From assembly GCA_028534125.1 (NCBI GenBank), contig CM052816.1, positions 13,952,001-14,016,000 of the forward strand: a stretch of 64,000 nucleotides of DNA, given 5' to 3'. This document shows positions 1 to 11,819 of this stretch, in pieces; the first letter of the stretch is position 1; each line of letters opens with the position of its first letter. The notes beneath the pieces were generated by a model. That model saw only the letters and a program-made list of their open reading frames with translations. It made no database searches and had not been told where the DNA came from. The position numbers and the translations under genes are program-made. Source of the DNA: Lama glama (taxonomy: Eukaryota).

Positions 1-1216
1 CAGCTGGAAGTCATCGTAAAGTGTTGCTTATCCTGATTTTGCTAGCCAGGACTCTGAGAGTCTGACCTGCATGCCAACTCAGGATATCTGAGGAGTCACA
101 CTAGATCAGTAGCAATTATATTTGCTTCAGGTCCCCCAAACCTTATAAAACAGTAGTTTTCAAACATCTGGCTAACTCTGAGGGATGGAAATGAGAGACA
201 GTCTCCATTTTGGAAATGCTAATTAATGAAACAAGAAAATGAAGTGGTACCTGTAAATACTGAAAAATAAAGACGTGAAAAAGTGCACATTTTTAAGTGG
301 ATGTTTGCTTTACCTAAGAAGCAGGATAGGATTACTCAAATAATTAATCAGTTGATTATGTATAAGTAAAAGTTAGCAACAATTTGTGCAAAATAAAACA
401 AAAATACTGTTAAGAGTGAAAACACTTCAAAGTGATAAATCATTTAAAAAGAAAAATTCGGATCATAAGAAGAAAATCTCTCAAGTTTTACTGAAGTACA
501 ACAAGTAAATGTAATAAATTAAGGGACACTATTAAAGAGATACTATTTGTAAAAGACAAATGATTGAGGAGAGACATTATATGATGTGTTAAGATTCCTT
601 TTCTAGAAGTTTATGTATAGATCTACATTTTCCTTAGTTTGCCTTATAGAACATGGTTAAGGAAAATGTTAACTTTTTCTTCAACTTTCGCTTCTGGGTG
701 CTTACAAGGAAACAATATAGTATCTCCTTGTCCCATTCCACTGTCACGAAAAGCCAGAATTTGTTCTTAAAGGACTGAGCATCCTAGCCCTTTTACCATC
801 CCTTCTTCCCCCTTTCCCTCTACCTCACCCCTACTCTTAGAAGCAAACTGCATTTTTACTTAGGGAATTATACTAGATCATCCCAGAAAGAAGGAGGGAG
901 GCCTCTGCTTCACATCAAAGAGGGAGAAGCAGCCATACTCAGGAGGTTGGCTGAAATTCTCTGGAAGTTCAGGGTTCTGGAGTTTCTGTACCTGGTACTT
1001 GAACACCTGTACCCTACTGAGGTACCACACCCAGAACAGGGATGGGGGACTGCTACTAAGCCACAAAACCCTGAGGGCAGCACCAGGGGCTTGCTTCGCA
1101 CCTTCCCTGGGCCTGTGAAAAAGCTCTTTGAAGGACATCTCTGGGCCCCTTGGAGAAGCAGTATCCAACAGATGGCCAAGAAAAGCCACTGGGAAATAGC
1201 AATAAATGGCCCAGAT

Positions 1217-1835
1217 ATTTCCCAAATCAGTTTATGAGGCCCATGTTACTCTGACACTAAAACCATACAAAGAGATTATAAGAAAAGTACAGACCGATAT
1301 CCCTCATGAACATCAATCTAGAAGTGCTCAACAAAAGATTAGCCAATTTAATCCATGAATACAGGAAAAGGGTAATTGGGGTATACCCATACAGCAGGAC
1401 ACTACTCTGCAATAAAGAGAACAAGCTGCTGATATACATGATGACATGGATGAGTCTCAAAAATCCTACACTAAGCAAAAGAAGCCAGACAAAGGTGTGT
1501 GTGTAGATATCATATATATCATATAAATATGTATGAATATGTGTGTGTGTACATATCACACACACATGAAACTGGAGAAAAAGACGTGTCAATATGGTGG
1601 CAAGCAGACAATCAGTGGTTGCCTGGGGTGGGATGGGGAAGAGAGGATGAGGGGTAAGGATTTACGGGAACGGGTGCGAGGACATCTCTCAGGTTGATGG
1701 AAATGCTGCGTATCATGATTGTGGTGATTGTTACATGGATGTATAACTCTCTCAAACTTTATCAAAATGTACACTTAACATGGGTGCTTTTTATCATATA
1801 CAAAGTATTGTTCAATAAATTTGACTTTTAAAAAT
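1217..1835 (+). mobile_element. Old L1 (L1M-type): short ORF2 RT fragment joined to a 3' UTR fragment
   Basis: 1217-1360 encodes YRPISLMNINLEVLNKRLAN, matching L1 ORF2 YRPISLMNIDAKILNKILAN. It is followed by an L1 3' end (ACATGGATGAGTCTCAAAAA...AATAAA). Confidence 0.8.
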
Positions 1836-2194
1836 CTGAGAAAGCAAGCTTGTCTAATGGAGGCTCTAATTTTTAAAAGGCTACAACATTTGGTAGGGTT
1901 GACCAAAAGAACTATAATCACTTACTACACCAAGGATTCCCTGCAGTGGTACCAGGGTAGACTTGGGAAAGCTGGTGACAGTGGAAACAGCATAAAATAA
2001 GCAACCCAAACCCTGAAAATCCTTGAATACTCAGTAACTAACTAGAAGAGACACTGCATCTAAAAGCCAAGGGCTTGATGTCCCTTGACAGTCTCTGAAA
2101 GCTCAGGCTTCAAAGCTTACAAGAGATTAATACCCCTCCTTCATGTCCTAAAAGCCTTTTTTTGGGGGGTGGGGGGAAGGCTTTCTCATAAGAG

Positions 2195-2490
2195 GTTTCT
2201 AGGACATAAAAGCAGAGCCAGATGACAGTCAGCAGATAATGAGGACTTCAGTCCTGCAACCACAAGGAACTGAATTCTGCCAACAACCTGAATAAGCCTG
2301 GAAGTGGATTCTTCCCCCCGAACCTCCAGAAAGAAACTTAGCCTTAACCACAGCTTGACTTCGGTCTGTGAGACCAAGAACAGCAGATTAGGCCCACCCA
2401 AATTTCTGATCTAGAGCACTGTGAGATAATAAATTTGTATTTTTTAAAGCCTCTAAGTCTGCGGCAATTTGTTATGGTACCAACTGAAAG
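2195..2490 (+). mobile_element. MaLR LTR fragment (MLT1D/E-like)
   Basis: Contains CAACCACAAGGAACTGAATTCTGCCAACAACCTGAA and the 3' end GAGATAATAAATTTGT...TTTGTTATGG, both typical of MLT1. Confidence 0.8.
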
Positions 2491-3217
2491 TTTAGTGCAC
2501 ATTATAACAATAGTAACCATATATAAGCACTTGATAGATTTCATTAGAATAAAAAAGCAAAGAGGAGAGAATCAATCTCATGAGTCTAGTATCTTTCTTT
2601 TTGCTCACATTTCATGGTAAAAATAATTTAAAATATGTCTATCTATTGGTGCATATCCCTAATATTAACCTTTCAATTTCCCCTTTGGTTTACCTGAATA
2701 ATTTCAAGAACTGTAAGTTCATATACAAAAGAAAACATCTTTACAAGAGACCTTCTATTTCTATCAAAAGATTTGAGGTTTTCTTCATTACGGTATCGAA
2801 GTGAACGTTGCACAGAGACTTTCTTTGACTTCTGAAAGAAAGTGTATTTAACATTTTACTCTACACACAGAATTAACTTTGATTTAAAACTATTCTTAAA
2901 ATTGAGACACAAAGCTTTTACCAACCTGATAAATAAAGGTCTCTAGGTTAAGCAAGCTTTTCATTTTTAAAGATGGGATTATCCAGGTATAAACAAAATG
3001 GTTTAATAGAAACCAGTAAGATATTTTCCTTTGACTCTTCACTAAGCAGTGGTAATTTATTTGATACCTTTTTTTCCCTTAAAAAGTTTTGAATAAAATA
3101 TTTTGCTTAGAAAATTGATGTTAAAGTAGCATAATACCTAGGCAGAGATGAGACTGACTCATGGCTCCCTGGAAATCACTAGAGTTTATACCAACCCCAA
3201 AGCTACATTTAAAATTA

Positions 3218-3336
3218 TAATGGAATACTACTCAGCCATAAAAAAGAATAAAATAATGTCATCTGCAGCAACATGGATGGACCTGGAGATCAGCATTCTA
3301 AGTGAAGTAAGCCAGAAAGAGAAAGAAAAATATCAT
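3218..3336 (+). mobile_element. Isolated ~120-bp L1 ORF2-end fragment
   Basis: Encodes MEYYSAIKKNKIMSSAATWMDLEISILSEVSQKEKEK. It is close to the same segment of the L1 at 29690-29810. Confidence 0.85.
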
Positions 3337-3649
3337 CTAATTCCAAATGATTATTCCACCATACCAAAGTAAAATAACTTCATATTTCCTACATTTTCAT
3401 CCACTTCTTCACACCCAGCATTATTTCCAAAGCTCCCAGACACGTAATTTTTCCAAAGATTCTGTACTAGATTATTTATAAGCTAATTATCTCTAAAACT
3501 TCCAAGTCTTTACTTTTGCTTTCTTCTTCTTTCTAGCTCCCATGTCTAATTGCAAGTGACAACCATGCTTTGTTAAAAAGATAAGCTACCTCTTGGAATG
3601 CTGCCCTTAGGACACCTTTAAAGGAAGCTAATATTAGCTACGGGAGGAT

Positions 3650-3900
3650 GAAGTGCCTCTTGGACGACAAAGGAGATGCTCAAGCCAGAAGCCCTCATCC
3701 ACTGTAAGACATGTGGGTGAGGCCACTCTGGATCCTCAGCCTAGAAGCAAATAGCCAAGCAGCCACATGAGTGAACCTACATGAAGCCAGCAGAGGAATT
3801 ACCCAACCAGTCCACAGAATGGTGAGAAATAATAAAGTATTATTATTCTAAGCCATTGTGTTTTGGGGAGGCTTGTCTCAGCAAAGGATAATTGAAATAG
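3650..3900 (+). mobile_element. Old MaLR LTR fragment (MLT1F-J-like)
   Basis: Contains CAGCCACATGAGTGAACC...CACAGAATGGTGAGAAATAATAAA...TAAGCCATTGTGTTTTGGGG. Confidence 0.7.
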
Positions 3901-3904
3901 TAAA

Positions 3905-3983
3905 ATATTGAAAGCTTCCTATTTGAGAGATGGAATAAAACCAAGATATCTGATTTTTTACATTGTACTGGAGGCCCTTCTCA

Positions 3984-4032
<49 letters not shown>

Positions 4033-5063
4033 TTTAAAAAAAGGTCTAAGGATTGGAAAGAAAAAAATAAAACTGTTAATATTTGGAGATGACATGATCA
4101 TACATGTGGATAATACAGAAGAATCTACCAGGTTTAATAAGCAAATTTAATAATGTCACTGGTTTAAGGTAGATATTAAAAACTTTTTTTCTATATACCA
4201 GCAACAAACAAATAGGAAAATTTAAATGATGGCATTTACAATAGGCTCAAAGATGTGTAAGACCTCTACTCTGAAAACTATAAAACATTACTGAGAAAAA
4301 TAAGATCTAAAAAAATGAAAAGATACAATGTGTTTATAGACAGGAAAGTTCAATATTCAAATATGTCAAGTCTTTCCACACTGATCTACAGGTGCAATGC
4401 AAGTATAAATAAAATCTCGACATAGCTGTTTCTTCTTTTTCCTGGAAACTGACCAGCTGAATCTAAAGTTCATACAGAAATACAAAGAGCTAGAATAAAA
4501 TAGATAATCTTGAATTGAGAAGAAAATTGAGGGACTTAAACTACCAAATATCAAGACTTACTATAAAGCTACATTAATTAAGAAATATATAACCTACCAC
4601 AACCAAATCAAGAAGAAATAGAAAATCTGAACAGAACAATTACTAGTAAGGAGACTGAGTCAGTAATTTAAAAAAACAAACACTGCCCAAGAAAGCGAAG
4701 TCCAGAACCAGATGGCTTCACTGATAAACTCTACAAAACATTTAAAGAAGAATTAATACCAGTCCTTCTCAAACTCTTGCCAAAACTGAAGTGGAGGGAA
4801 TACTTTCAAACTCATTTTACAAGATCGGCATTACCAAAGCCAGACAACGACATGACAAGAAAAGAAAATTACAGGCCAATATCCTTAAAGAACATAAATG
4901 CAAAATTCTTCAACAAAATATTAGCAAACTGAATTCAACAGTAACTTAAAAGGATCATATACCAAGATGGAGTGGGATTTATTCCAGGGAGGCAAGGATG
5001 GTTTAATGTATTTGCAAATCAATAAATGCGATACACCATAGCAATAAAATGAGGATAAAAATC
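3905..5063 (+). mobile_element. Degenerate L1 ORF2 fragments (two pieces, junction near 4590)
   Basis: Encodes IVLEAL and KLLIFGDDMIIHV (the RT ADD motif region). The second piece carries PEPDGFT and NYRPISL-type motifs. Confidence 0.85.
3985..4032. repeat. (AAT)16 microsatellite
   Basis: Perfect 48-bp trinucleotide run. Confidence 0.97.
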
Positions 5064-5144
5064 AAAGGCAAACAAGAGAATCAGATTCACAGGTGATTCC
5101 AATTTTAGAGCTAGCATATAAGGACTTTAAAGTAGCCACGCTTA

Positions 5145-6415
5145 AAATGCCAGTTAAAACCCAATGAGATTATCTGAAAAATTGTGCTGAACACTGGAAT
5201 TTGACACAACATTGTAAAATGATTATAAATCAATAAAAAATGTTAAAAAAAATAAGAGGCAAAAAAAAAGAACAAATACAAAACAGAGACAGACTCATAG
5301 ACATAGAATACAAATTTGTGGTTGCCAAGGGGTGGGGGTGGGGGATAGACTGGGAGTTCAAAATTTGTAGATACTGACAGGCATATGTAAAATAGATAAA
5401 CAAGATTATACTGTATAGCACAGGGAAATAAATATACAAGATCTTGTGGTAGCTCACAGTGAAAAAAAAGTGACAATGAATATATGTACATTTATGTATA
5501 ACTGAAAAATTGTGCTCTACACTGGAATTTGACACAACATTGTAAAATGACTATAACTCAATAAAAAAAATGTTAAAAATAAAAAAAAAACCCAATGAGA
5601 TTATCACCTCACACCTGTCAGAATGGCTATCATCAAAAAGAACACAAATAACAAATGTTGGTGAGGACGTGGAGAAAGGGGAATCCTCATACGCTGCTGG
5701 TGGGAATGCAAACTGGTGCAGCCTCTGTGGAACACAGTATGGAAGTTTCTCAAAAAAACTAAAAGTAGAACTACCACATGACCCACCAATCCCACTCCTG
5801 GGTATGTATCTGAAAAAAACAAAAACAAAAACACTTGTTTGAAAAGATACATGCACCCCAATATTCACAATAGCATTACTTACAATTGCCAAGATTTGGA
5901 AGCAACGTAAGTGTCCATCAATAGATGATGGATAAAGAAGATGTGGTAGAGATACACAATGGAACATTACTCAGCGACAAGAGAGACTAAAATTTTGCCA
6001 TTTGTAACAGCATGGATGGACTTGGAAGGTATTATGCTAAGTGAAATGAGTCACATGGAAAAGACAAATACTATATGGTATCACTTACATATAGAATCTA
6101 TAAAACCAACTAGTGAATATAAAAAAAAGAGACAGATTATCATAGATAAAGAAAACAAACTAGTAGTTACCAGTGGGAAGAGGGAAGCAGGGAGGGGCGA
6201 GTAAGGGGTAGGAAATTAAGAGGTACAAACTATTATGTGTAAAATAAATAACGTATGAGGATGTATTATACAACACAGGGAATACAGCCAATATTTTATA
6301 ACAAGAATAACTATAAATGGAATATAACCTTTAAAAATTGTGAATCACTATGTTGTACACCTGGAACTTATACAATATTGTACCCCAACCATATGCCAAT
6401 AAAAAAATAAAAAGA
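5145..6415 (+). mobile_element. L1 3' end (ORF2 C-terminus plus 3' UTR), interrupted by the 5175-5586 insertion
   Basis: Contains CACCTCACACCTGTCAGAATGGC and encodes FVTAWMDLEGIMLSE. Ends in an AATAAAAAAATAAAAA tail near 6400. Confidence 0.9.
5175..5586 (+). mobile_element. Young 5'-truncated L1 3' UTR insertion with a duplicated terminal segment
   Basis: Flanked by a perfect 19-bp TSD, AAAACCCAATGAGATTATC (5156-5174 and 5587-5605), at a TT/AAAA site. Has an A-rich tail. Confidence 0.9.
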
Positions 6416-6509
6416 CCCAAAAAATTATGTTTAGTATATTGAAGAAAATAGACAAATGTGGAGAAAACAGATTAAAAAGATGGAAACATTAACTGGAGAG
6501 TTGAAATCT

Positions 6510-6600
6510 ATTTTTATTTTATTTTTTTCAGCTTTATTGGGATATAACTCACAAATAAGATTGTAATATATTAAACATGTACAACATGATGATTTGATTC
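6510..6600 (-). mobile_element. Short L1 3'-terminal fragment
   Basis: T-rich tail followed by CAGCTTTATTGGGATATAACTCACAAATA. Confidence 0.7.
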
Positions 6601-7069
6601 TTTAGATCTCCTTTCTCCAGAGGGTCTGAAACTCTAATCTTCATCTCAAGATAAAGGGGCTCAGTTATAATATGGTAAATATGACTAAAACACACTGCTG
6701 TAGGTTTAAAAAAGGAGACAGTGAGGATGTCAGATGTAGGAGAATATTGTCCACCACAATCTCATAGGCTGGCAGTCCACTAATCAGCTCACTATGGTCC
6801 AGAACAGGTGCTCCGTCCGACCAAGGCCTTAGAACAGATCAAACCTGGAGAAGCCAACACCTGTCAATCAAATGCCTAAGAGGCTGAAGTACATAAACCA
6901 CATGGGCGGGTGATGCTCTGTTTCCGTTCCGCTGTGTACATGGAATGATTTGGCAGTGTGTTCAGTGGGTCTCCAGGTCTGCTTTGCTCATATTCTCCAG
7001 GTGTGGTCTTGTAGCTTTTCCTTTGAGGAACTCCTTATCCTTCAGATAAATTCCTCTAGTACACATCAT

Positions 7070-7470
7070 TTACTTCTCATACCTCAGATGGTATGATTGC
7101 TGTCAGCATTTTTAAGATGAAACACCTGAGGCTTAGCAGGGTTAAGTGGCTTGTCCATGGTCACACAGCTGGGATTTAGACGCGAGCCTGGTAGACTCTT
7201 AATCACCTTGCCACTCTCCTTGGAAGGTTCAAGGGTTCCGTGTGTGTGACCTGGTTTGATTCTCACCGCTGGGCACTTTACAGAAGGTCAAGTACAGACT
7301 CAGAGAGCTCAGATCACATACCCAAGGCCACGCAGGCTGGGAGTGGCAGAGCTGGGGCTTGAACTCAAACCCATCTGAGGCAACGTCAGATTCCTACCCT
7401 CCTTACTGTGTGGCCTCTCTTGACTAGTTAGCTAAAGACAAGCAGGTTCCTCATCTGAAAAGCGGGTGTA
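7070..7470 (-). mobile_element. MIR fragments
   Basis: MIR core-like AGATGAAACACCTGAGGCTTAGCAGGGTTAAGTGGCTTGTCCATGGTCACACAGC, plus a second copy near 7275-7380. Confidence 0.7.
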
Positions 7471-8568
7471 ATTACAAGCAGGAAAAGTGGGAGCTTGCAG
7501 AAGCACATTAGCTCTTTCCAGATTCCCATTTTGAAGTCTTCAGTTTCTATCAAGAGAACTCCATATTTTTTAAAGTGGAGAGAATGATGGCATTGGTCAT
7601 TTGATGGGCGTTCTCTTCACTCCTTCAGAGTCACTTGACAATGACTTGTCATTTGAAGAGATATAAGAGCATTCATATGAGGTCTGCTCAATAGATTACA
7701 TTTTAAAATAATAATAATTGTTGTCATTGCTTTGCTGCAGTTGTCACTGCAATCAGTGTTGAAGGAGTTAATGTGCCTCCTTCAATGTTTAGTTTCTTAC
7801 CAGGCAGTGCCTTAGGCAGCGAGGAGAGAGGAGTGTGAAGTACTGTAAATTTTGAAAACATCCCCAAGCCTTTCAGTGTAAGTTTGCTCTCTATGCTATA
7901 ACCTGAGAAGAAACAGCTCAGGCACCATGACTGAAGAAAAGAGGCTGCCCATCAAAACAGTGCAAAGTAGACACGTTTTCATTTATTTTCTTTGGAGCCT
8001 TCCTGTTGGCAGCTGCACCGATTTGGTTAATGGAATATTCTTGACTCATTAAACAGGCTCATTGAGGGAAAGGAGCCAGGGGGCCTGGGGCAGGATGGGG
8101 AGCCACCCCAGCTCTCCTCTGACACGTTTTCCAAAAGTACAACATTTCTGACGCTTCCCAAAGATTAATATGTTAACAGGATGGGCATTAGGATCGTGAT
8201 GAAGGACACTGGAGAAAGCAGCATGAAAATAAGACTGAACTCTCAAAAGGAAGGACTTTAAAGGGCGGGGCCTCTTTTACGTGCTTGCCTGGTTCCTGGG
8301 GGTGGGATATGCACTTGGGCAGTGAGGGGTAACAGCACCAGGCCCACCTCCAGGCCGACCACTTTCACACAAGGACCTGGCCTTACCTCCGCACACGTTG
8401 CCTGACCCGAGACTTCATCCCAAGAGCAACCTGGCCCATCGTCCAGGACCCCCGAGTCCTCAGTCCCACTCTTAGTGCTACTCCTATTTATGAACAGCAG
8501 CAGGCTGCAGAACAGGAAGGAAGCTCAGAAGGCTGATTCCAGGAGCCCATTAAAAGGCCTGTAGCCAG

Positions 8569-8649
8569 AGGGTGGGGATAGCTCAGTGGTAGGGCGCATG
8601 CTTAGCATCCTCAGTTCCCATTACCTCCAAAAAAAAAAAAAAAGAAAGA
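8569..8649 (+). mobile_element. Vic-1-type tRNA-derived SINE with internal deletion
   Basis: A box ATAGCTCAGTGGTAG and poly(A) tail. TSD AAAAGGC(C/T)TGT(A/G)GCCAG at 8552-8568 and 8650-8666. Confidence 0.85.
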
Positions 8650-10097
8650 AAAAGGCTTGTGGCCAGGAATTGTGCCTGTCAACAGCTTGCTATATGATTT
8701 CATGCTCAGCCTCTCAATTTGTGTCCCTCACCTCTGAAATGAGAACTAGACGAGTCTTCATATTTTCCCAAAAAATAGCTGTAAGCAGCAGTTAAAATCT
8801 TTGATAGATGTGTAAATTTTAACAAAGCTGTACTAGCAGGAAGTTTTGGTTCCACGTAGACCAGATCCCATTGTAATGAGCGTAACTACAACAAAAAAAA
8901 CAATCTCAAAGCCCTCTTAGGACCGATTTATTTCTACAAATATTTAACACCATTTAACTCCAGGACAAGCCGAGAGCCTGATAATCCCTTGGAGTTTTTT
9001 TCGGGTTGAATTTATTAATACACTTAAGAGAAAAATTCTTTAGCTAAATATTGGTTAACTTTTTCTACACATTATTCCCATCAATGACTGACATTTGTAC
9101 AGCCCTCTGAGATGTTATTTTTTAGAGTGAATTTATGGTATGTAAATTACTTCTCAATAAAGCTGTTTAAAAAAATTTTTTTTTAATTTTAAGATCTCTG
9201 AAATTCACTGTGGGAAGGATTGCCCAACTCCAGGGATATCCCTTCACCCTGGATTCTGGGTTTGGTAGCGTAAAAGCTTCGCTGGGACCTATCAACCCCG
9301 CAGGCTACGATAGCCCTAAGGAGGACGACTGAGGCGCACACACACACACGTGCACACACGTTTGCACAAGGAACAGTTCTAAAACAGTTCTCACCAAGTC
9401 CCAGCTCCCTCCCCCAAGACTTCACACACATAGGCAATGAAATTAATTTTCCAACTTGAAGTAGAAAGAATCAAGTTAACTGAAAAACGATAAGGAAGGA
9501 GTTAGGTTTTCCAAAACTAATCAGCTTCCAGGAATAGGAATACAAACAACTCTGTTCAAGAGAAAACAATCTTTCCTCTTCCTTCCTACAAAGGAGTTTT
9601 GCCCCGCTGTATTACAAACAAACAGAAAACAAGTCATCCACGAGGAGGGAGGGAAAACCCTATAGACTTTGCCTTTTCCCTGTTTTGTTTATTCTACCCC
9701 AGAGAGAGGCACATGAAGTCACATAAACTCCTGTACTCTAGGGACTAAAACTTTTTTAAATTGCACTTTATGTTAAACAAGCAAATTTTCTGAAGCACTG
9801 CCATTTGTTGGAGAAGAATGTAAATCTGGACCTAATGGGCCTCAGATGTCCTTGAATGGAACATGACCATGAATGGAAAAGTACTAAGCCCCAGAAGGTA
9901 TTAGTGTGCAAGGCTGTGGGTCTGCTCAGCTGGAGAGCTTCTCTCCCCTTTAGAGATGAATTCTGTCTCTTGGACACCTAAAGCTTGAAGGGGTGGCTTT
10001 ATAGCCATCCAATGGGGCCAAGGAGAAGGGTTCAGGATGAGGGCTGACAGAGAGAGCTTCTGATGTCACTCAGTACTCAACACAAATGAGAAGCAAA

Positions 10098-10261
10098 GGC
10101 AGGAGGGTATAGCTCAGGGGTAGAGCCCATGTTTACCATGCATGAGGTCCTGGGTTCAATCCCCAGCACCTCCATTAAAACAAATAATAAATAAATTAAA
10201 AATAAATAAACCTAATTACTTTCCCTCTGCCAAAAAAAAAAAAAAAGAGAGAGAGAGAGAG
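10098..10261 (+). mobile_element. Vic-1-type SINE, full length
   Basis: GGAGGGTATAGCTCAG...GAGGTCCTGGGTTCAATCCCCAG carries A and B boxes, followed by an A/AG tail. TSD AAATGA(G/A)AAGCAA at 10084-10096 and 10262-10274. Confidence 0.9.
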
Positions 10262-10539
10262 AAATGAAAAGCAAGACTTAACAGTTACCAAGCTTACCAT
10301 AAATACATCAAAGCTTTCCCCTGGGACACCCCACCCTGCTCTCCATTGATACACAGAACCCTCTCACAAGTGAGTCTTCCAAAACGACCTCCTCCAAAGG
10401 CGGACACACCCTCAGAGGAGAAGGATGCAGTTCACCTCCTTGATCAGTGCCCTCCACTCTTGTCTGTGGGCTCAGAAGACTCTGGAACAGAAAAGGTGCA
10501 GGCTGGCGGAAGTAGCATGGATTTTTCTACTTTTACTCA

Positions 10540-10840
10540 AATGTCCGGGACTCACTCCGTATGACTGTCAAGGTTATGAAAAGCAAGGAAAGACTGAGCA
10601 ACTCCCAAACCGGAGGAATGTGGGGAGACAGGACAACTGAACGCAGTGTGGGTTGGATTCTGGAGCTTAGTTAATAGTAATGTTCCCATGTCTCTTAGTT
10701 TCTCGGTTGTGACCAGTGTACCACGGCAGTGTGAGAAGTTCAAATGGGGGAAACTGGCTGAAGGGTATATGAAAACTCTCTGTACCTCTCTGCAACTTTT
10801 CTTCAAACCTAAAATTATAACAAAATTAAAAGTTTAAAAA
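10540..10840 (+). mobile_element. Old L1 3' UTR (L1MC/MD-like)
   Basis: Contains GTCAAGGTTATGAAAAGCAAGGAAAGACTGAG and the terminus CTCTCTGTAC...GCAACTTTTC...AAAAGTTTAAAAA. Confidence 0.75.
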
Positions 10841-10899
10841 GTACAAACCCAAGAAAGTAAAATCCATGATGATGACACAGTTTAGGAGCCTTAGAGCAA

Positions 10900-11160
10900 C
10901 AGCAAAGCAGACGCCTAGCAAGTGTTCACGACATGCTGGGCACTGAGCCGTGCCCCTGCCCAACAGTACATCCTGCACCCGCTCAACAACCCTCTGATGT
11001 GAACCCTCACTGCATCCCCGCCACTGCCTAAACGAGGGAACTGAAGCTTAGAGAGCTTCGGTAACGGACCCAAGGGCACAAAACTGGTAGGTGGCAGAGG
11101 CAGAATTCAGACGGAGACACACTGACTCCAAGGACTGTTTCTTCCTTGCCATGCCAGAGC
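10900..11160 (-). mobile_element. MIR
   Basis: Contains GAGGGAACTGAAGCTTAGAGAG...CCCAAGGGCACA...GGTGGCAGAG. Confidence 0.7.
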
Positions 11161-11609
11161 ACCGACCGTCTCACGTTTCTTTCTGTCACATGATGGGGAA
11201 ACACCTCCTTGAACGGTAACTCAAAGAGAGAAAACAGCATCTAATAAGGGAGGAAAAATACTAGGACTCTCACTCAGAAAGAGACAGATTAAGAGATGGG
11301 CTCAGTTTCCTGCCCCCTTCCAAGTTACCACAATGTGTATTCATGTTTTAAATAACTGAAAAGGGTAGAGTTATAAAGAAGGATCGAAAATGGGAATCAA
11401 AACCCTCCCTGAACACCCAACCTCCAGCTCTAATGATTAGAATAAGAAGAGGTCTGTTCAAGGTCCGTAAAAAACAGACTTCATGCATAGAGAGAATACA
11501 GGTCTGTTCACCAAATCCTTGAATATGAGAACCCAGATAGCCCCTAGAACTTTGTAGGAGCAATTCTGTGAAAATAACAAAAGCCATATTTAGCACAAAG
11601 TGAACTCCT

Positions 11610-11613
<4 letters not shown>

Positions 11614-11644
<31 letters not shown>
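11614..11644. repeat. (CT)n microsatellite
   Basis: Direct reading of the sequence. Confidence 0.95.
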
Positions 11645-11646
<2 letters not shown>

Positions 11647-11819
11647 CATAGACAGTAGAAAAGGTAAACACTCCAAGGATGGTTTAAGATGAATTCTTGG
11701 CTGATGAGCTCTCACAGGCTATTGAGAGAAACAGCATCCCCATGTTTTAAAACTATCATGAGACAGATGAGCCATGCCTTCCCTGGGAGTCAGTGGAGCT
11801 CAGTGAAGAAATAATAGTT

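Noticed and set aside
947..1237. 96-aa ORF with a kinase-like LYLVLEHL
   Set aside because: It has a non-ATG start and no other kinase motifs, its end runs into L1 sequence, and I recognise no homolog.
4690..5063. Similarity to 33780-34150 suggesting a local duplication
   Set aside because: Both are independent copies of the same L1 ORF2 region, and their flanks are unrelated.
10098..10175. tRNA-like sequences (also at 8569, 22437 and 40037)
   Set aside because: These are SINE heads with A-rich tails and, in three cases, TSDs. They are not tRNA genes.
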